64,000 bases of DNA, taken from positions 23,865-87,864 of the forward strand of contig JAWOEH010000127.1 in NCBI GenBank assembly GCA_046482855.1, in the 5' to 3' direction. The notes under the pieces were generated by a model. That model had not been told where the DNA came from. It saw only the letters and a program-made list of their open reading frames with translations, and did no database searches. This document shows positions 1-9,552 of this stretch, piece after piece (positions within the stretch are counted from its first letter, which is position 1; each line of letters starts with the position of its first letter). The position numbers and the translations under genes were made by a program. Source of the stretch: Bacteroidales bacterium. GTDB taxonomy: Bacteria > Bacteroidota > Bacteroidia > Bacteroidales > UBA12077.

Positions 1-2
1 TG

Positions 3-197
3 GATGTAATGTTAGCGAAACGGAAGATGTCCCTTACCGAACTCTCGGAAGAGGTAGGGATTTCGTTGGCCAACTTATCGATATTGAAGCAAGGAAAGGC
101 AAAGGCTGTACGCTTCTCTACCCTTGAAGCTATTTGTCGGGTTTTGGAGTGCAAACCAGGAGATATTTTAGATTATATAAATGAGAATGAAAAATAA
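3..197 (+). CDS. XRE/Cro-CI family HTH transcriptional regulator (YozG-like), 5' end cut by window edge
   Basis: The frame is open from base 3 (..DVMLAKRKMSLTELSEEVGISLANLSILKQGKAKAVRFSTLEAICRVLECKPGDIL). This is a small HTH_XRE protein of the YozG type, whose homologues begin a few residues upstream of this Met. Stop TAA at 195-197. Confidence 0.75.
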   Translation, partial: DVMLAKRKMSLTELSEEVGISLANLSILKQGKAKAVRFSTLEAICRVLECKPGDILDYINENEK

Positions 198-212
198 TTT
201 AGTAACCCAAAA

Positions 213-1553
213 ATGAATCGTATGAAAATGAAACACATTTTTTCGTTTGTCTTGTTTTTGTTGGCCGGGTTGGTGCTCAATGCACAAACGGTTAACAAAA
301 TCGACTTTGAAGAGTATGACCTGGACAATGGGCTCCACGTTATCCTGCATCAGGATAATAGTACCCCCGTTGTAACCGTGTCAGTTATGTACCACGTGGG
401 AGCCAAGAATGAGCGCCCCGATCGTACCGGTTTTGCCCACTTTTTCGAACACTTAATGTTCGAGGGAACCAAGAATATTGCACGTGGCGAATATTCAGAA
501 ATTGTTGAGCGTGCGGGAGGTACCCTCAATGCAAATACCTCCTCTGACCGTACCTATTATTATGAGCTGATGCCTCCTCATCAATTGGAGCTTGGTTTGT
601 GGATGGAAGCGGAGCGTATGCTACATGCAAAAGTAGACTCAATTGGTATTGCTACTCAGAAAAAAGTAGTAATTGAGGAGAAGAAGCAAAATTATGACAA
701 CCAGCCTTATGGCGATATCTTAATTCAAACTCAGAAGCGTGCTTTTGAGAAACACCCTTACCAATGGACTACCATTGGTGATGCCGATCACATTCGGGCT
801 GCCAAAGATGAGGAGTTCAAAGCTTTTTATGATGAATTCTATGTGCCCAATAATGCAGTACTTGTTGTAGCCGGTGATATTGATAAGAAGCAGGCAAAAA
901 AATGGATTGATAAGTACTATGCAGGAATCCCACGGGGTGAAAAGGAGATTTATCGTCCCTCAGTTGTTGAACCTGAAAAACAGGCTGAAATCCGCGACAC
1001 TGTTTACGATAATATTCAGTTACCGATGGTTATTCAGGCTTATCATACACCCGCAATGGGAACGGAGGATTATTATGCTGTAGATATGTTATCGTCCGCT
1101 TTATCAGGAGGCCCAAGCTCTCGACTTTATAAGAAACTAGTTGATGAAAAACAGGTTGCGCTTCAGGTTGGATTGTTCCCTCTTCCTTATGAAGATCCAT
1201 CATTGGCACTGACTTTTGCTTTGCCTAATATGGGTAAAGATCCGAAAGAGTTAGAAGAAGCCATGGATACAGAGATTGAGCGACTTAAGACCGAATTAAT
1301 TACGGACAAGGAGTATCAGAAATTGCGTAACCAATATGAAAGTCAATTTGTTAATCAAAATGCTTCTATGGCAGGGTTAGCCAATAATTTGGCTCGCTAT
1401 TATACCTTCTTTGGAAATACCGATTTAGTTAATAACGAGCTTAACCGCTACATGGATGTAACGAAAGAAGATATTCAGCGAGTTGCGAAAAAGTATTTCC
1501 GCGTGGATAACCGTGTAGTGCTCTATTATTTACCCGAACCCAAACAAAACTAA
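213..1553 (+). CDS. M16 family zinc peptidase (insulinase/pitrilysin-like), catalytic subunit, secreted
   Basis: Has an N-terminal signal peptide (MKHIFSFVLFLLAGLVLNAQ). The inverted zinc motif HxxEH is present (GFAHFFEHLMFEGT). The 446-aa length is typical of M16B. Confidence 0.9.
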   Translation: MNRMKMKHIFSFVLFLLAGLVLNAQTVNKIDFEEYDLDNGLHVILHQDNSTPVVTVSVMYHVGAKNERPDRTGFAHFFEHLMFEGTKNIARGEYSEIVERAGGTLNANTSSDRTYYYELMPPHQLELGLWMEAERMLHAKVDSIGIATQKKVVIEEKKQNYDNQPYGDILIQTQKRAFEKHPYQWTTIGDADHIRAAKDEEFKAFYDEFYVPNNAVLVVAGDIDKKQAKKWIDKYYAGIPRGEKEIYRPSVVEPEKQAEIRDTVYDNIQLPMVIQAYHTPAMGTEDYYAVDMLSSALSGGPSSRLYKKLVDEKQVALQVGLFPLPYEDPSLALTFALPNMGKDPKELEEAMDTEIERLKTELITDKEYQKLRNQYESQFVNQNASMAGLANNLARYYTFFGNTDLVNNELNRYMDVTKEDIQRVAKKYFRVDNRVVLYYLPEPKQN

Positions 1554-1579
1554 AACCCAACTTTAAAGCAACAAGAGAT

Positions 1580-3655
1580 ATGAAAAATATAAAAATTGCC
1601 TTTTCATTTATCGTTGCCATGCTCTTTGTTTTGCAGGGTCATGCGCAACTGGACCGTAGTATACGTCCTGAACCCGGAAAAGCCAAGGAGATTAAAATTG
1701 GCGAAAGTCATAAGTTTACGCTTGACAACGGGATGAAAGTGATAGTGGTTGAGAACCACAAAGTACCCCGGGTATCTTTCCAGTTAACCCTTGATGTTGA
1801 TCCTGTAATGGAAGGGGACGCAGTTGGCTATACCAACTTAGCCGGCGATTTATTGCGTGCAGGTACAAAAAACAGAACTAAAGCTGAAATTGACGAGGCC
1901 GTTGATTTTATTGGTGCGCGATTGGTTACCTACTCAACGGGTATGTATGCCAGCGCATTAACAAGTCATACCGAAACTATTTTGGATTTAATGACTGATG
2001 TACTCTATCATCCTACTTTCCCTGCGGACGAGTTGGATAAGAGTAAAAAGCAGATGATTTCGGGATTAGCTGCTGAAAAGACCAACCCTAATGCTATGGC
2101 TTCCCGCTTGAATCGCAAGCTTCGTTATGGCGATCATCCTTATGGCGAAATCCAGACGGAGGAGGATGTAGAAAATATTTCACGTGATTTACTTGTGGAT
2201 TATTATCAGACCTACTTTAAACCCAATGTAGCCTATCTTGTTATTGTGGGCGACCTGAAGGTAAAAGAAGCCAAGAAACTTGTTGAAAACTATTTTGCTA
2301 AGTGGGAAGCTGGCGAGGTGCCTACCCATGAATACGAAACTCCTCAACCTCCTGCTCAGCCTAAAGTAGCTATGATACATAAAGACGGAGCCGTTCAGAG
2401 TGTGGTGAATGTTACCTATCCGGTTCAATTGCAGCCTGGTTCTCCTGATGCAATTCCTGCCAGCCTTATGAATAGTATACTGGGAGGTGGTGTTTTTTCC
2501 GGCCGCTTGATGCAAAACTTACGCGAAGATAAGGGGTGGACTTATGGTGCTCGTTCAAACTTATCGACCGATGAGCTTGTAGGCTACTTTAATGCGGGAG
2601 CCGAGTTGGCTACCGAAGTTACTGATAGTGCAGTACACGAGTTTTTGTATGAAATGGAACAAATCCGTAGCGAAAAAGTATCGGAAGAGCACTTACAATT
2701 GGTGAAAAATGTGGCTGCCGGTTCTTTTGGCCGTTCTTTGGAGAGCCCCCAAACAGTAGCACGTTTTGCGCTCAATATCGAACGATTTGATCTTCCCGAA
2801 GACTATTACTCAACCTATTTAGAGAGACTTGAGGCTGTAACTGTTGATGACATTCAGCGCATTGCACAAAAGTATATTAAGCCTGACCATGCTTACATTT
2901 CCATTGTTGGCGATAAAGAAGTTTTGGATAAACGACTCAAAGCCTACAGTGGCGATAACCAGATTGCTTTCTACAACCTTTATGCACAGCCTGCCAAGGA
3001 AGGGAAAGCAATTCCTGCCGGTATGACAGCAGAGAAGGTATTGGCCAATTATGTGGAAGCCATTGGCGGTGAGGAGAAAGTCAATAACCTGGAAGATGTA
3101 ATGATTAAAACCACTACCTCGGTAAATGGTATGCCCCTGGAGATGACCACCTACCAAAAGGCACCAAATAAGTTTGTTATGGAGATGACCATGAATGGAA
3201 ATGTTGTCCAGAAGCAGACCTTTGATGGTGAAAAAGGTAAGATGTCTGGCATGGGGGGAGTACGCGACATGAATGAAGAGGAGCTTAAGCAGATGAAAAT
3301 AGAGAGTAGACTTGATAAAGAGCTTGTACTTCAGGAATTGGGCTATGAAATGACCTTAAAAGGTGTTGAAGATGTGGATGGTACAGACGCTTATAAAATC
3401 GAAGTGGTGTCTCCTTCCGGACAGAAGTTCTACGATTTTTATGCAGTAGATTCAGGACTCAAGGTGCAAACCAAAACCACGGCGCAAACGCCTCAAGGCG
3501 AAATGACCCAGGTGCAGCAATATAGCGACTACCAAGAGGTGGATGGCGTGAAGTTTCCTTTTGTACAACAAATTTCAGGCATGCAGAGCATGACTTTAGA
3601 AGTACAAGAGATTAAAGTAAACGAAGGCATCTCTGATGATGTGTTTGCTCTATAA
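1580..3655 (+). CDS. M16 family peptidase-like protein, non-catalytic partner, with a ~205-aa C-terminal LolA-like extension
   Basis: Has a signal peptide and M16 N/C lobes but no HxxEH motif. It lies 26 nt downstream of the catalytic M16 gene. The tail (nt ~3022-3652) resembles the LolA-like protein encoded at 8150-8905. Confidence 0.8.
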   Translation: MKNIKIAFSFIVAMLFVLQGHAQLDRSIRPEPGKAKEIKIGESHKFTLDNGMKVIVVENHKVPRVSFQLTLDVDPVMEGDAVGYTNLAGDLLRAGTKNRTKAEIDEAVDFIGARLVTYSTGMYASALTSHTETILDLMTDVLYHPTFPADELDKSKKQMISGLAAEKTNPNAMASRLNRKLRYGDHPYGEIQTEEDVENISRDLLVDYYQTYFKPNVAYLVIVGDLKVKEAKKLVENYFAKWEAGEVPTHEYETPQPPAQPKVAMIHKDGAVQSVVNVTYPVQLQPGSPDAIPASLMNSILGGGVFSGRLMQNLREDKGWTYGARSNLSTDELVGYFNAGAELATEVTDSAVHEFLYEMEQIRSEKVSEEHLQLVKNVAAGSFGRSLESPQTVARFALNIERFDLPEDYYSTYLERLEAVTVDDIQRIAQKYIKPDHAYISIVGDKEVLDKRLKAYSGDNQIAFYNLYAQPAKEGKAIPAGMTAEKVLANYVEAIGGEEKVNNLEDVMIKTTTSVNGMPLEMTTYQKAPNKFVMEMTMNGNVVQKQTFDGEKGKMSGMGGVRDMNEEELKQMKIESRLDKELVLQELGYEMTLKGVEDVDGTDAYKIEVVSPSGQKFYDFYAVDSGLKVQTKTTAQTPQGEMTQVQQYSDYQEVDGVKFPFVQQISGMQSMTLEVQEIKVNEGISDDVFAL

Positions 3656-3685
3656 TTATTTAGTTTAGCGATTTTTTTTGTTGAT

Positions 3686-3716
3686 AAAGGCCTGTCCATC
3701 GGACAGGCCTTTATTT
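3686..3716. terminator. Bidirectional intrinsic terminator between convergent genes
   Basis: Stem GGCCTGTCC-atc-GGACAGGCC, flanked by an A-run upstream and TTTATTT downstream. Confidence 0.7.
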
Positions 3717-3735
3717 GTAAAGCTGTTTTTATGGC

Positions 3736-4926
3736 TTAAAAGCTCCAACGAAAGCGTAAGAATACAAGGTTGAGTTGGTCGGAAATTCCTGACCCAAAAT
3801 CGCCGGAAAAGCGCTGCGCGTAAATGGCAAGTTCATAATTGTCCGCCAGCGAGTAACTGAACGAGGGCATTAGGAAATACATCTCATAATCGGGGTAATA
3901 CATCGCACCCAACGTTCCTTGTAAGAGAGGATGAATTGGGTAGCTGGCTTGTAAAAACCACGACCACTCACTAAAAGATAGATTCTTGATATTCTGGGTT
4001 TGATTGTAGAAAGAGGTAAGCGAATTAATTTGTGTCATTTTAGCATAAGCATTGTAAAAAATTTCGCCTTGAAGCTGAAGCGAATTTGAGAAGAAGTAAT
4101 TCAGACCAGAAGAGGCCAGAAGTTTCGCATCTTCCCATATAGTGTTTTTGGGGGCTATGAGTGTAACTTCACCAGTAAAACCTACCTGCTTGATTGCACC
4201 CGCCCAACCAAAACCGGCAACCCAGTTTTGCTCTTGCAACATACCACCTAACAATTGCCAGTCGTAACTCCACTTATTAAAGCGGTAATAGGCGCCCAGC
4301 GTTACCTTTTCATTTTGATCGATCTTAGCGACCACCTCGGCTACCGACGTGTAATTTGGGTAGTATTGCAGCCGGAATGCATCTGCCCCCGGTTTTTCTT
4401 CATAATCAAAATCAAAAAAGCTATAGCTGTTAAAAATATCATTGGGATTGAATACATAGGTTTGTGCCCAATTGATGCGTTGCCGGCCTAGTGTAACACT
4501 GAAGTTGTTTATATTCCAATTGATGTTGGCTCTGTCAATGTTCGAGTGGAGCAGGTAGGAGGGACCTGACGAAAACGTATGGCTCAGGTTAAAATACCCA
4601 TTCTGTTGTTCTATTCCCCTTGCATAGCCGGGAAGTTTGTTGATAAAGTCGCCATAAATGAGCCTGGTACGAGCTTCCAGATTAAATGTAACGGAGGAGG
4701 ATGGAAACCAATTTAGCTTCATCCGGTTGTGAAGCATGTTGTCAACAAGCCATGGATCTTTAGGTTCACTAAAGAGGGTTGTATTCATGTACTTCTGATA
4801 GCCATGAAGGGTCAATTTTTGAGCGATAGATTTGTGTGTGCTTAGCAGGGTAAAAAGCAAAATAACAGAGGCGCCAAATTTAGCCGTCAGGTATATCCGG
4901 CTGCGAGTTGTCATTATTTTTTGCAT
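3736..4926 (-). CDS. Outer-membrane beta-barrel protein (porin/alginate-export-like), last gene of the Lol-like operon
   Basis: Has a signal peptide ending ..SIAQ, alternating aromatic/polar beta-strand pattern and a LGRQRINW motif. C-terminal residues RFRWSF end in Phe, as in OMPs. It starts 43 nt downstream of the ABC ATPase gene on the same strand. Confidence 0.6.
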   Translation of the reverse strand: MQKIMTTRSRIYLTAKFGASVILLFTLLSTHKSIAQKLTLHGYQKYMNTTLFSEPKDPWLVDNMLHNRMKLNWFPSSSVTFNLEARTRLIYGDFINKLPGYARGIEQQNGYFNLSHTFSSGPSYLLHSNIDRANINWNINNFSVTLGRQRINWAQTYVFNPNDIFNSYSFFDFDYEEKPGADAFRLQYYPNYTSVAEVVAKIDQNEKVTLGAYYRFNKWSYDWQLLGGMLQEQNWVAGFGWAGAIKQVGFTGEVTLIAPKNTIWEDAKLLASSGLNYFFSNSLQLQGEIFYNAYAKMTQINSLTSFYNQTQNIKNLSFSEWSWFLQASYPIHPLLQGTLGAMYYPDYEMYFLMPSFSYSLADNYELAIYAQRFSGDFGSGISDQLNLVFLRFRWSF

Positions 4927-4968
4927 AGCGTATTTGTTTCGTCCTGATTAGAGTCGGAATAGCAGGTA

Positions 4969-5673
4969 TTAGCCTATGTTTTTATGCTGGACAACGCGCT
5001 CGTCCGATTTAATTTTCCCGTCTTCAACCGTTACAATGCGATGCGCTTTTTTTACAACTCGTTGGTCGTGGGTAGAAAAGATGAATGTGATTTTCTCCTC
5101 CTCGTTGAGGGTCTCCATAATGTCCAACAGGTTTTCAGTAGACTTTGAATCAAGGTTGGCAGTGGGTTCGTCGGCCAGCACAAATTTGGGTTTTGAAGCC
5201 AAAGCTCTGGCTACAGCTACTCGTTGCTGCTGGCCGCCCGATAATCGTGCAGGTCGGCTGTTCATTCGGTCGCCAAGCCCCACTGCCTTGAGTAGAGATG
5301 CGGCTCTTTCCCTTCTCTCTTTTTTGCTGTACCCTTGTAGTTGCATAATAAATTCTACATTTTCTATGGCAGTAAGAACGGGTATCAGGTTGTAAGCCTG
5401 GAATACAAACCCAATAGTTCGAAGGCGGAAATCGATTAATTGCGAAGATTTTAGTTTGCCAATATCTGTATTATTGATATGAATTTCACCAGAAGTTGGT
5501 TTGTCCAAACCTCCAATCATGTTTAACAGGGTGGTTTTGCCCGAACCCGAGGGGCCTACAATGGCAGTAAATTCGCCTTTTTTAATTTCCAGGTTAATAC
5601 CATTTACGGCGTGTACAGGTACACCTGAGTCTTCATATGTTTTGTATACTTCGTTAAGTGTAATGATATTCAT
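4969..5673 (-). CDS. ABC transporter ATP-binding protein (LolD/MacB-ATPase family)
   Basis: Walker A GPSGSGKTT, signature [15 protein letters not shown], Walker B FVLADEPT and H-loop STHD are all present. Confidence 0.92.
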   Translation of the reverse strand: MNIITLNEVYKTYEDSGVPVHAVNGINLEIKKGEFTAIVGPSGSGKTTLLNMIGGLDKPTSGEIHINNTDIGKLKSSQLIDFRLRTIGFVFQAYNLIPVLTAIENVEFIMQLQGYSKKERRERAASLLKAVGLGDRMNSRPARLSGGQQQRVAVARALASKPKFVLADEPTANLDSKSTENLLDIMETLNEEEKITFIFSTHDQRVVKKAHRIVTVEDGKIKSDERVVQHKNIG

Positions 5674-5686
5674 AACTGTTGTGTTT

Positions 5687-6910
5687 TTAGTTGTCGGAAC
5701 GTAGTGCTTCGGCCGGGTTGAGTTTTAACGCTTTTCTGGCCGGATAAATGGAGGCGATAATACCCACGAAAATTACCAATACCGTAACCTGGAATAAGGT
5801 AGAGACATCAATTTTCGGATAGATAACACTGTCAAAACCATAAGCCTCAAGTCCTTGGCTATAGAAAGAGAGATTGATGCCGGTATTGCCTGTGAACTTC
5901 ACAAGAAAAAGAGCCAGGGCAATACCTGTAACTCCTCCGGTAAGGGAAAGGAATACGGTTTCCAGCATAATCATCAGGAACACCCTTAGTTTGTTCATGC
6001 CCACTGCCATTAACATGCCAATTTCTTTTATTCTTTCCAAAACCACCATCAGCATGGTATTGACAATGCCAAAGCCTAATGCTGCCAGAATAATGCCTAC
6101 AATAATATACATGGAAAGATCCATACTTTTGTTCATCATTTGCATATCGGGCATGAGCTCCATCCAGGTTTGCACTATTGGTTTGGGATACATTTGTTTA
6201 AGTTTTGCTGCTACTTCTTCTTCGGGGACTTGCTCTTTAAGCCTGACAGCAATTTCCTGAAAGGTCCCTTCGGGGTAGCCTGTAAGCCTTATTAAATCGT
6301 CCTTTCGAACAAAGGCCTTCATCTCTTCGTAAGCTGTATTGGTTGTTTTATAAATACCAGCAACTCGGAATGCACCACCTGTAAGGTTACCTTCTTTATC
6401 CTGAAAGGTAAGGATCACCTTGGAACGTAATTTCACATTCAGCTTTTCGGCCATTTTATTGCCCAGGACAATAGCATTTTTCCGGTTCTTTTTAAAGTAA
6501 GATCCCTTAATAACATGTTCGTACATGTCGGTAACTTGCCGCTCGCGATCCGGGTCAATTCCCAAGAGTTGTATGCCGGTTCCTGTCTCTGCCGAAGAAA
6601 TCATGGCATTGATGAGCAAACGTCCGGTAGCCCCTTTTACTTGTTGCATGGTATCGATGCCTGCAAGTATTTGGTTCCCTGCTTCCAGGTGATCAGCAGG
6701 ATCGGATGAGGTGCCAAAATCCTTATGGTGTATTTGCAGGTGCGACACTTCAGTTGAAATAATGGTCTCAATGCGCTGATCTACCATTCCCAGCGTAAAG
6801 GCCATGCTGAAAACGCCCGCAAATATGCCTAAAGTAATAGCGGTAATAATGACAAGGCTGCGCACTTTGTTGCGCCAGATATTTCGCCAAGATATATGTA
6901 ATAGCATCAT
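5687..6910 (-). CDS. ABC transporter permease, FtsX/LolC-E type (4 TM plus periplasmic domain)
   Basis: N-terminal WRNIWRNKVRS plus a TM helix, a ~230-aa periplasmic domain, and a C-terminal FtsX triad of TM helices ending ..PARKALKLNPAEALR. Confidence 0.88.
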   Translation of the reverse strand: MMLLHISWRNIWRNKVRSLVIITAITLGIFAGVFSMAFTLGMVDQRIETIISTEVSHLQIHHKDFGTSSDPADHLEAGNQILAGIDTMQQVKGATGRLLINAMISSAETGTGIQLLGIDPDRERQVTDMYEHVIKGSYFKKNRKNAIVLGNKMAEKLNVKLRSKVILTFQDKEGNLTGGAFRVAGIYKTTNTAYEEMKAFVRKDDLIRLTGYPEGTFQEIAVRLKEQVPEEEVAAKLKQMYPKPIVQTWMELMPDMQMMNKSMDLSMYIIVGIILAALGFGIVNTMLMVVLERIKEIGMLMAVGMNKLRVFLMIMLETVFLSLTGGVTGIALALFLVKFTGNTGINLSFYSQGLEAYGFDSVIYPKIDVSTLFQVTVLVIFVGIIASIYPARKALKLNPAEALRSDN

Positions 6911-6913
6911 AAA

Positions 6914-8131
6914 TTAAGCTCTTAGTGCGTTAGTAACTTTTATTCGGTGAATTGTAATAACCGGATAGGTTGCGATGAGCAGGGTAAGGATTAATACCGT
7001 AAGTGCTTGGTTCGTGAAAACCCACGGTGCCAGGCTGAAGAAAAAATAGGGCTCAAATCCATATTGCACATAAATATCGCCTAACTCTGCTGGCAATGGT
7101 ATGGGATTGTTTACTAAGCTCCAGATTATGGGAATACTTACAAGGAAACCAGATAGGACTCCAATAATGCCGATAAAAAGGGTTTCAAAAAAGAGGATGG
7201 AGGCCAATTTAAATCGCTGCATGCCAACAGCTATCATCACCCCAATTTCTCGTCTTCGTTCGGCTATCATCATAATTATGGTACCCAAAATTCCAAAAGC
7301 AATTACCATATATAAAATCCCCTTCATTATTAAGCCACTGCTACGGTCGCTCTCGATGAACTGAACCAACTCTGGTTGTATTTCTTTCCAGTTCAGTATG
7401 TTGTAGGTATCACCTAGTTCCTGTTTTAAATGATGCTGGATATTTGGAACTTCCCGGTTCTCTTCAGCCATAATTACCATTGCGCTAATTCTGTTGTGAG
7501 CAAGGTATAATTCCTGAGCTTGTTTTAAGGGCAAAAATACGCCCATGTTGTTTAATTGAGGTGTTTTAAATGTGAGAATACCATTAATGGGATACTTCCC
7601 TGCAGCAGTCACTCCGTGATATCCTTGCGATAAAAGCACTAAAGTATCGTTTACACTTAATTCCAGATGTTTGGCCAGGTTTTTGGTTAACAAAATCCCG
7701 TCAGAGTTGCTGGTCAGATACTTGCCCTCGGTTACCCAATGTGATAAATTGGTGATGCTGTCGTAGGTATGTGGTTCAATACCAATCACTGCGCCGCCTT
7801 TTGTTTGTTCTCCCGATGAGAGCAGCGCAAAACTTTCGAGCCGGGGGCTGAATTGTCTTATTCCCTTCGTTTCGGAAAGAATATCTCTGAGGCTATCTGT
7901 AGGGATAAAAGTGTGATTAATTGTTTTTTGCTCGTGGTATTCGGGATGCTGTATTTGTAAGTAGCCGGAATGGAACTTCACCGATAGCTCAATCATATTG
8001 TTATAGGTACCCTCTTGTAATGAGCTCATCAGCGTTGACAGCACCACACCAAAAAAAATTGAAGCTACGGTAATGAGCGTGCGTCGTTTATTACGCCACA
8101 AGTTCCGCCAAGCCATGATTAAATTTTTCAT
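6914..8131 (-). CDS. ABC transporter permease, FtsX/LolC-E type (second paralogue)
   Basis: Same architecture as the neighbouring permease (AWRNLWRNKRRT.., C-terminal FtsX domain). It is 3 nt from the next gene. Confidence 0.88.
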   Translation of the reverse strand: MKNLIMAWRNLWRNKRRTLITVASIFFGVVLSTLMSSLQEGTYNNMIELSVKFHSGYLQIQHPEYHEQKTINHTFIPTDSLRDILSETKGIRQFSPRLESFALLSSGEQTKGGAVIGIEPHTYDSITNLSHWVTEGKYLTSNSDGILLTKNLAKHLELSVNDTLVLLSQGYHGVTAAGKYPINGILTFKTPQLNNMGVFLPLKQAQELYLAHNRISAMVIMAEENREVPNIQHHLKQELGDTYNILNWKEIQPELVQFIESDRSSGLIMKGILYMVIAFGILGTIIMMIAERRREIGVMIAVGMQRFKLASILFFETLFIGIIGVLSGFLVSIPIIWSLVNNPIPLPAELGDIYVQYGFEPYFFFSLAPWVFTNQALTVLILTLLIATYPVITIHRIKVTNALRA

Positions 8132-8149
8132 TGCGTAATTATTTGTGGA

Positions 8150-8905
8150 TTAGTGGATGCGTTTCATGTTTTGTTGGGAGAAAAAACCATCGGGAATTTC
8201 CTCGTTGAAGGTGATCTTTTTTACTACCACAATGGTTTTTTTGTTCTCTTCGTCGACAGGGATTATTTCCATGCGCGTTGGAAGCTCTCTGCCATGCATA
8301 ACTTTTACATCGCTTCCCAGATCGGTTTTCATCAGATAGCCATCCTCGTCGTAGTATTCCGATTTCATCTGCATGTACCCCTCTTTGGTGATCCACTTTA
8401 TAATCTTTCCCCAAACCACAGCAGCCTCAGGTTTTGGTATTAATTCAATTTTATAACAGGGGTGTCCATCAATTTGCTCCTGGCTAATAATCTTATGTTT
8501 GTAATCTTCTACAATGGAGGATTCTTTCAGGATGTCGTCATTGGTATAATCCGAGCCCATCCAGCCTTCCGACATCATGGAGGGGGGCAATTTGATGAGC
8601 CGGTTAATGGAAGGCATCCAGTGCCACATCTCGTTTTTTCGCTTCAGAAATGTTTGTCCCTTCTCTCTGGCAGGTGCTGTAATGAGCGTCAATGCATAGT
8701 CATTGCCACGAGTCCAGTTTTTAAATTCTACTGTTCGCTGCCAGCTTGGACGTACAATGGTCATCTCCATTTCGCTGATACTCGATTTTTCACCATTAAA
8801 TTTATCATCGGCTTTACGTACAATTTCTTTTGCATCTTGCGCCAAGCTCTGCGATATGGCTACCAGAAAGAACAGGCCTGTGATAAGAGGAGTCATTTTT
8901 TTCAT
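8150..8905 (-). CDS. LolA-like periplasmic protein (outer-membrane lipoprotein-sorting protein family)
   Basis: The ATG at 8905 gives the signal peptide MKKMTPLITGLFFLVAISQSLAQ. The ORF-track start at 8938 is a TTG that overlaps the TetR gene. Motifs typical of the LolA_like family are present (..MWHWMPSINRLIKLP.., DGHPCYKIELIPK, C-terminal FNEEIPDGFF). Confidence 0.75.
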   Translation of the reverse strand: MKKMTPLITGLFFLVAISQSLAQDAKEIVRKADDKFNGEKSSISEMEMTIVRPSWQRTVEFKNWTRGNDYALTLITAPAREKGQTFLKRKNEMWHWMPSINRLIKLPPSMMSEGWMGSDYTNDDILKESSIVEDYKHKIISQEQIDGHPCYKIELIPKPEAAVVWGKIIKWITKEGYMQMKSEYYDEDGYLMKTDLGSDVKVMHGRELPTRMEIIPVDEENKKTIVVVKKITFNEEIPDGFFSQQNMKRIH

Positions 8906-8921
8906 AACCAGATTCTTTTTT

Positions 8922-9539
8922 TTATGTAAACAGTGCAATTATTCTTGTCTTTATTTTATCAGCCGGGAATTCAGGATTAAGGACGAAGTTGAGTAGAACA
9001 CCGTCCATGATACTTGAAAAAAATGCAACTTCTGTTTGTGGATCTTTACACCCCTTTTGAGTAAAGTAGCTTGTAAGTATTTTCATGTACTTTTTTATTA
9101 CATCTTCCATCTCTGCGTAATATTTTTCGAGAATGGAGGGCTGCATGACCAGGGAATAGTAAAGCTTCCAGTAGGTAGGATGCTCTTTTACCATCCGAAA
9201 ATTTTCATTTATAAAAAAGATAAACTCTTCCTTGGAGAGTTCTCCATCGCGGTTCGGGTCAAAAAGCTCAATAATTTTATTAAATCCTCGCATGATTATT
9301 TCATGTAGTAAATCTTCTTTGCTTAAAAAATAATTGTATGATAAGCCTTTGGAGATACCCGCCTCTCGAGCAATTTCACTCATGGAAGTTCTGTCGAAAC
9401 TTTTTTGAGCAAATAGAGCCAACGCAGTTTCCATAATTTGTTCTTTCCGTATTTCACGTAATTCCTGGTATTGTTCTTCGGTTTTTGGAGCCATAGTTTT
9501 TTGGTTGAACGGTCGGTCAAATTTATGTGTTTTTTCCAT
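8922..9539 (-). CDS. TetR/AcrR family transcriptional regulator
   Basis: N-terminal HTH (IMETALALFAQKSFDRTSMSEIAREAGISKGLSYNYF) followed by a helical ligand domain. An alternative ATG lies at 9494. It is the first gene of the operon. Confidence 0.85.
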   Translation of the reverse strand: MEKTHKFDRPFNQKTMAPKTEEQYQELREIRKEQIMETALALFAQKSFDRTSMSEIAREAGISKGLSYNYFLSKEDLLHEIIMRGFNKIIELFDPNRDGELSKEEFIFFINENFRMVKEHPTYWKLYYSLVMQPSILEKYYAEMEDVIKKYMKILTSYFTQKGCKDPQTEVAFFSSIMDGVLLNFVLNPEFPADKIKTRIIALFT

Positions 9540-9552
9540 GTTTTGCTAAAAC

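Noticed and set aside
4976-5395. 139-aa plus-strand ORF opposite the ABC ATPase gene (with similar ORFs at 5874-6260 and 7101-7364 opposite the permeases)
   Set aside because: They lie entirely within well-supported minus-strand genes. Their composition is atypical (Ser/Arg/Cys-rich), and they have no promoter or terminator of their own.
8139-8929. Several 60-155-aa ORFs on both strands overlapping the LolA-like gene (8139-8414, 8153-8443, 8462-8929, 8703-8996)
   Set aside because: They are fully nested in, or antisense to, a gene with a signal peptide and family motifs. Their sequences do not look protein-like.
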